NCBI GenBank assembly: GCA_030828025.1 | Contig: JAURDG010000001.1 | Span: 1 to 42,070 of the forward strand | DNA from: Flavobacteriaceae bacterium | GTDB lineage: Bacteria; Bacteroidota; Bacteroidia; Flavobacteriales; Flavobacteriaceae | DNA: 42,070 nucleotides | Direction of reading: 5' to 3' | In this document: positions 37,561 through 42,070 of the stretch, in pieces | How positions within the stretch are numbered: position 1 is the stretch's first letter | How the letters are laid out: every line of letters starts with the position of its first letter | The notes under the pieces: model-generated | Told to the model about the DNA's origin: nothing | Seen by the model: the letters and a program-made list of their open reading frames with translations, nothing else | The model's database searches: none | Position numbers and translations under genes: made by a program

Positions 37561-39897
37561 TTAGTTTAGCATTTTTTTGGCTTCGTTGGATTTACCCAAC
37601 AGTACAATGATGTCGTTTTTCCTTTCCTCGGGAAGCACATTTAAATATGTTATAATTTCATTTTCAAGCGTAACCTCTATGGTCGTATTATTTGAAGCGT
37701 GTAATTTGAAATGAACATTCCATTCTTTGGGCCAAGCAGGGAAAAGATAAATTTTTCCATTGGCTTCTTGCAACAACATTTCTTGCATTCCAATCATGCC
37801 CGAACCACCCCAATTATGATCGGGAACCCAATCAAAACCGGGCCCCCAAAAAGCTGGAAAACGTCTGTCAGCATTAGCCATTTTGCGCAAGGTATATTCG
37901 GCAGCTTCATTTGTTAATCCCAATCTAGCAGCAAAAATATTGTCTTGTTTCCATCCAATGTGACTCCTAAACTTCAACAAATCTTTATCTAAAAAGTAGG
38001 TGTTTTGGGCAACGACCAAGTCGGGCTTACCAATTCCGTACAGACCCCAAGGAAATACTGGATATAGCTGTGCGGCTTCAGTATTGTTAATTCGTTCCCA
38101 TGATTTTGCTGGTGACAATACTTTTTGATGATTAATTTCCCTAAAATTTAAGGGAGGTATGCGAGCTTGAAAATCCTGTACATAAGTCAAGTCTTCATCC
38201 GATAAACTTTCACTTTCGAATGCAATTAATTTCGTTGTAATCACACGTAATGCAGCGATTGTGCTGTTGGCATTATTTGCCATTTTATAAGTTTCTACAG
38301 CAGAGCCAGGATACAAGACTAAATGTCCGTTAGCATCTAATGTTTTGTGCCCTCGTTTTTTGGCAAGATATTGATAGTGTTCATCAAAAAAACGAAGACA
38401 ACTCACAATAAATGGAATGTATTTTTTAATGTTTCTACCAGCATAGGCTTTTTGTTCAATCATCATATTACAAAACTCCAATACAGTGTCCCATTGATAC
38501 TCCAACCAGGCATTGTATTGCATTCCTGGATCATATTCCTCTGGTCTATTCCAACCGTATTCAGCAGGATTGGGCAAACCATAATTCTCTAACTGTTCTG
38601 TAAAAGCTGCACCCTTGTGTTGCCAATATACCTCACTTCTTAATTCTGCGTTTTTAAGAAGCGTTACATAATAATCAAGTTGAGCGTCCATCATGTCAAA
38701 ATCGCCACTTTTAAGCATTGGATAATAAACCAGGCGTTGGTTTTGCTGGGTCATTGTTCCACCACCCCAGTTTCTAAAATCGGGGGTAAAATTAAAGTCC
38801 GTATTCGTGAAAACAGGGTCGTAGGTAAACAAGCCTCCATTGAACTTTGTTGGATGTTTGCCGTAAGCATTACAGCCCAACATATACCTAAATAACTGAT
38901 AATTCTGCCCCATTTGAAAAACGGAATCTTTGGCTTTTGGCTGTAGTGTTTGGGTGAAAACAAAACTGCGTTTCCAGAATTGACTCCACCACAATTGCGT
39001 CTGTTTTTCTTGTCTTTTTTCACGCAGCGCATCTACTTCTAGCTCGTTCCTTAATCCTGCATTCCATTCATCAATTTGTGCTGACTGAAGCGTGTTTAAA
39101 ACTATTTTTAAGTGATGCTTTTTACTGGATTTTTCACTAACCAATCGATATCCTTTAAAATCGGTATTTTGATATACCCCATAATAGTTGTCTTCAGGTT
39201 TCATGTGTTTTCCCGTCATAAACCCACCAAAAGTGAGGTCTTTTAAAGGGTTCATCAATTGGCTTTTAACCGCTTCCAATTTTTGTTGCTTTACTGCGAC
39301 ATCAAAAACGGTTTGTGTGCGGTTTTTATGATAAAACTTAATTCCATTATTCTCAAAAGAAATCGAATCTTGGTAGGTTATAACAGGGCCTTGAGGCGCC
39401 CATTTGTATGAATTGGCGTTGTTTTCTTTACCTATAACTTCTCGGTTTTTATAGCGCCAACTTTCATAAGATGCGGCCATCTTTAGTGAGGATTTGCTTT
39501 CAATTTCCACATGAATCACTGGATTAAAAACATCAACCCAAAGTTTGACCTCGGTGTTGTTTTGACTAATTTTAATGTAGCCATCTTCCAAAACCAATTC
39601 TTGATGAAAGCCATGATTGTCTTTAAAAGGGTTTGGGGAAAATTCGAGTTTAATTCGACCTAATTTCAGCAAAGTGTTGTGTTCGTCAAAGCATCCACTT
39701 TTTGAAAAATAAAAATACAATGCGCCCTTTTCTACCCATACATTCAAGCCAATATCACCACCTCCAAGCGGCATAGACTCCGATGCATTTATGCTCTGCG
39801 TTTTCCAAACGGGATTGTAGTTTTCAAGCACAGGAAGTTGGGCTTCTATCTTCAAAGAAGCCACAAGTAGCCAGAAAATGAAAACCCTATTTTTCAT
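37561..39897 (-). CDS. GH95-fold-like (DUF5703-type) putative glycoside hydrolase; possibly a GH139-type 2-O-methyl-fucosidase
   Basis: 778-aa ORF with signal peptide. N-terminal SMPLGGGDIGLNVWVEKGALYFYF parallels GH95 [15 protein letters not shown]-terminal NWGGSGMIGMQEMLLQEANGKIYLFPAWPKEW parallels GH95 [32 protein letters not shown] in gene 3350-5824. The family number is uncertain. Confidence 0.5.
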   Translation of the reverse strand: MKNRVFIFWLLVASLKIEAQLPVLENYNPVWKTQSINASESMPLGGGDIGLNVWVEKGALYFYFSKSGCFDEHNTLLKLGRIKLEFSPNPFKDNHGFHQELVLEDGYIKISQNNTEVKLWVDVFNPVIHVEIESKSSLKMAASYESWRYKNREVIGKENNANSYKWAPQGPVITYQDSISFENNGIKFYHKNRTQTVFDVAVKQQKLEAVKSQLMNPLKDLTFGGFMTGKHMKPEDNYYGVYQNTDFKGYRLVSEKSSKKHHLKIVLNTLQSAQIDEWNAGLRNELEVDALREKRQEKQTQLWWSQFWKRSFVFTQTLQPKAKDSVFQMGQNYQLFRYMLGCNAYGKHPTKFNGGLFTYDPVFTNTDFNFTPDFRNWGGGTMTQQNQRLVYYPMLKSGDFDMMDAQLDYYVTLLKNAELRSEVYWQHKGAAFTEQLENYGLPNPAEYGWNRPEEYDPGMQYNAWLEYQWDTVLEFCNMMIEQKAYAGRNIKKYIPFIVSCLRFFDEHYQYLAKKRGHKTLDANGHLVLYPGSAVETYKMANNANSTIAALRVITTKLIAFESESLSDEDLTYVQDFQARIPPLNFREINHQKVLSPAKSWERINNTEAAQLYPVFPWGLYGIGKPDLVVAQNTYFLDKDLLKFRSHIGWKQDNIFAARLGLTNEAAEYTLRKMANADRRFPAFWGPGFDWVPDHNWGGSGMIGMQEMLLQEANGKIYLFPAWPKEWNVHFKLHASNNTTIEVTLENEIITYLNVLPEERKNDIIVLLGKSNEAKKMLN

Positions 39898-39903
39898 AAG
39901 TTA

Positions 39904-41355
39904 TTAATCTTTATACCAAGAATCTGTTCTAAACGATGACATAGGCAGTCCGCCCGTACTGAAAATTTCTGCAGTTGTAAAATCTTTAAACAAATACCGA
40001 ATGGCTACAGGTTTTTCAACCCTTGGCGAAGACAACAGCACAGATTTGCTTCTTAAAAAGGCTTGTGCTGGATAAAATTTTTGATCTTCTCCAGCAATTT
40101 CAAAGCCAGTCACTTCTTTGCCATAGGCAGTGATGCCGTTGGGGACATTATTGAAAGCTACCGTAACAGTACTTCCTTCAATTTCCATAGCCCTAAATTC
40201 TGGACTCTCAAATTCAAAACCCTCCAAACCATAGGTTTTTGCTAAGGCTAAATAGGCCAGTCTAGCGCCTCCTTTTTTCTTATCAGCTGGGTGAATATTA
40301 TCTTTCTCACCAACGTCCATCACAACAGCCATTGCTGCATGAGGTATTTCCTTTGATGCAAGTAGTTGGGCTTCACGTAAATAGGCCGAATTATATTTGG
40401 CTTTGTAATCATTTGGGTGATATCTGCTGTAATCAAATGGGGCAATTTGCACAAAGTAAAAAGGAAAATCGCCTTGGTTCCATGCGCTTCGCCAACCTGA
40501 TACCATTTTTTTGAATAAGGCCTTGTAGGCAAAGGGTCTGTCACGGTTCGACTCCCCTTGATACCAAATGGCACCTTTTATGCCGTAGCCAATGGTAGGG
40601 GCTAACATGCCGTTGAAGAGCGTTGTAGGCTCACGATTAGGTGCTTCTTTAAAATCTTTTTTATTTGATGGAATTTTAATTTCCTCAAAATCTTGTAGCA
40701 TCTCCGAATTCATCCATGCCTCAACATTAGAACCTCCATAGGAAACTTCAATCAACCCAATTGGAACGCGCAAAACTTCATGCAATAAACTTCCAAAAAA
40801 CCATGCAGTGGCACTAAAATTAGCTGTAGTTTTTGGAGAAGCCACTTGCCAACTTCCTTCGAAGTCATCTGTTGGCGACAAAACCGTTTTTCTTGGCACA
40901 CTAATAAATCTTATGCTACTGTTTCTCGAATTGATGATGGCTTCGTTACCACCCAAAACAGGCTGCCCCATGAATCCCTTCAAGGGCATTTCCATGTTGG
41001 ATTGTCCTGAACACAACCAAACTTCCCCAATCAATACATTTTTTATTTTGGTGGTTTCCTCCGTAGTTTTTAACACAATTTCATAAGGAATATTAGTCGC
41101 TCGAGGTGTTCTTACCAAAGTTTTCCATTGACCCTTTTGATTCGCCTTTACTGCATAAGATGTGGAGTTCCATGAGGTTATCACAGTTACTGTCTCATTG
41201 GGATTTGCCCAGCCCCAAATGGGCGTTTCCATTTCTTGTTGCAGCATCATATTGTCAGTAAACAACGCGGGCAATTTGATTTTTGCTTGTGCTTGAAACG
41301 CTAGTGTTAAGCAAAAAACAACATGTAATATTTTATCTCTCATGATGGTATTCAT
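39904..41355 (-). CDS. sialate-O-acetylesterase-like (SASA/SGNH-type) carbohydrate acetylesterase
   Basis: 483-aa ORF with signal peptide. Hallmark KLPALFTDNMMLQQ...IGEVWLCSGQSNMEMPL and GAIWYQGESN motifs. Confidence 0.85.
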   Translation of the reverse strand: MNTIMRDKILHVVFCLTLAFQAQAKIKLPALFTDNMMLQQEMETPIWGWANPNETVTVITSWNSTSYAVKANQKGQWKTLVRTPRATNIPYEIVLKTTEETTKIKNVLIGEVWLCSGQSNMEMPLKGFMGQPVLGGNEAIINSRNSSIRFISVPRKTVLSPTDDFEGSWQVASPKTTANFSATAWFFGSLLHEVLRVPIGLIEVSYGGSNVEAWMNSEMLQDFEEIKIPSNKKDFKEAPNREPTTLFNGMLAPTIGYGIKGAIWYQGESNRDRPFAYKALFKKMVSGWRSAWNQGDFPFYFVQIAPFDYSRYHPNDYKAKYNSAYLREAQLLASKEIPHAAMAVVMDVGEKDNIHPADKKKGGARLAYLALAKTYGLEGFEFESPEFRAMEIEGSTVTVAFNNVPNGITAYGKEVTGFEIAGEDQKFYPAQAFLRSKSVLLSSPRVEKPVAIRYLFKDFTTAEIFSTGGLPMSSFRTDSWYKD

Positions 41356-42070
41356 TTAGTTCTTCTTTAATGTTTATAGACCCCAACAAACCTGATTTAT
41401 GCAGCGCATTGCCTTCCAATCTAAAGGGTGCTGTTGTCCATGTAAGTCGGTCTTTTTCTGCTAATTTTTGATCTCCTATGAGTCTGTTGGACCATGTATT
41501 GGTAACCTTTATTTCTAAAGTGTTCTTTCCTTTTTTTAGGGCTTCTGATATATTAATTTGGTAGGGATGGGTCCAAATAACACCACAGTTTATTCCATTT
41601 AAAGTCACTTCAGCAATATTGTTTATGTCTTCGAAAGCTAACCATAAATTGTGAGTTACTGAGCGCTCCCAATCAAAAGTGTTTACATAAAGAGTGGTTC
41701 CTGAATAATACTTAATGCTGTCATTTTCAGATCTACTCCAGTCAAACAATTTTTTTGTCTTAATTGGCATTGAGGGACCGTGATATGCTTTGTCAAACTG
41801 AAGTGTCCAATTGCCGTTCAACTCTTGAACGATATTCCATTTTTTTATGTTAGACTTTTCCCCTGAACTCGTTTTGGTAGTGGGTTCTTTAAAGATAACA
41901 AAAAAAGATTCGTTTTTAGCAAAAGGCAACACCATCTCTATTCTGTTATTGTTCAATTTCCAGTTATGAATTTTGGATTCAATTCCTGAAACGGGATGAT
42001 ATAGGTATGGAACTCTGCCCGAAACCCTAAAAGATAGAGTTCGGGTAACAGACCTGTCTAATTGATTTGA
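41333..42070 (-). CDS. C-terminal part of a large glycosidase with a jelly-roll C-terminal domain (GH106-type alpha-L-rhamnosidase candidate); N-terminus lies beyond the right window edge
   Basis: The ORF track starts it at a TTG (41956). I read the frame as open from 42070 (…RTLSFRVSGRVPYLYHPVSGIESKIHNWK-LNNNRIEMV…), so the gene is truncated by the window. The C-terminal pattern LAFEDINNIAEVTLNGINCGVIWTHPYQINISEALKKGKNTLEIKVTNTWSNRLIGD...SGLLGSINI is typical of GH106-like proteins. Confidence 0.55.
   Translation of the reverse strand, partial: SNQLDRSVTRTLSFRVSGRVPYLYHPVSGIESKIHNWKLNNNRIEMVLPFAKNESFFVIFKEPTTKTSSGEKSNIKKWNIVQELNGNWTLQFDKAYHGPSMPIKTKKLFDWSRSENDSIKYYSGTTLYVNTFDWERSVTHNLWLAFEDINNIAEVTLNGINCGVIWTHPYQINISEALKKGKNTLEIKVTNTWSNRLIGDQKLAEKDRLTWTTAPFRLEGNALHKSGLLGSINIKEELNEYHHER

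Noticed and set aside
1-42070. Scan for tRNA or rRNA genes, CRISPR arrays, IS elements, integrases, long direct or inverted repeats, and toxin-antitoxin or defence-type genes
   Set aside because: Nothing was found. Coding density is about 98%, every long ORF has a carbohydrate-metabolism assignment, and non-coding gaps are 190 nt or shorter. No repeated spacer-like periodicity or terminal inverted repeats were visible by eye. A dot-plot would be the decisive check.

Overview
This AT-rich window (about 37-39% GC by eye) looks like a chromosomal segment from a Bacteroidota genome, probably Flavobacteriia-like. Almost all of it is a polysaccharide utilisation locus (PUL). I count 24 protein-coding genes, two of them truncated by the window edges. 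22 are on the minus strand, separated by gaps of 0-120 nt or by short stop/start overlaps.

Array B runs from 28590 down to 1 on the minus strand. It starts with a SusC/SusD pair. It continues with PL1 pectate lyase, DUF3826, a second PL1 and a 1057-aa beta-helix + TIM-like fusion protein. These are followed by a GH140-like protein, GH28, GH43, a BNR/sialidase-like propeller and GH78. The array ends with an alpha/beta-hydrolase esterase, GH95, a six-hairpin glycosidase and a second (partial) GH78.

Array A runs from 42070 down to 31264 on the minus strand. It carries a partial GH106-like protein, a SASA-type acetylesterase, a GH95-fold/DUF5703-like protein, a third multidomain PL1, GH127 and L-fucose isomerase.

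The only plus-strand genes lie between the two arrays. They are a DHDPS/N-acetylneuraminate-lyase-family aldolase and a sodium:solute symporter, transcribed divergently from susC.

The enzyme set matches what is needed to take apart rhamnogalacturonan-II (RG-II), and no sulfatases are present. I found no rRNA, tRNA, CRISPR array, transposase, integrase or regulator gene.

The most interesting candidates are:
- the aldolase+symporter module, as a possible Kdo/Dha (2-keto-3-deoxy acid sugar) uptake and cleavage route, together with the sialidase-like hydrolase;
- the unassigned 1057-aa fusion protein;
- several fold-level-only glycosidases.

All family calls rest on motifs I recognise in the translations. 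No database search was possible, so subfamily and substrate statements are inference.
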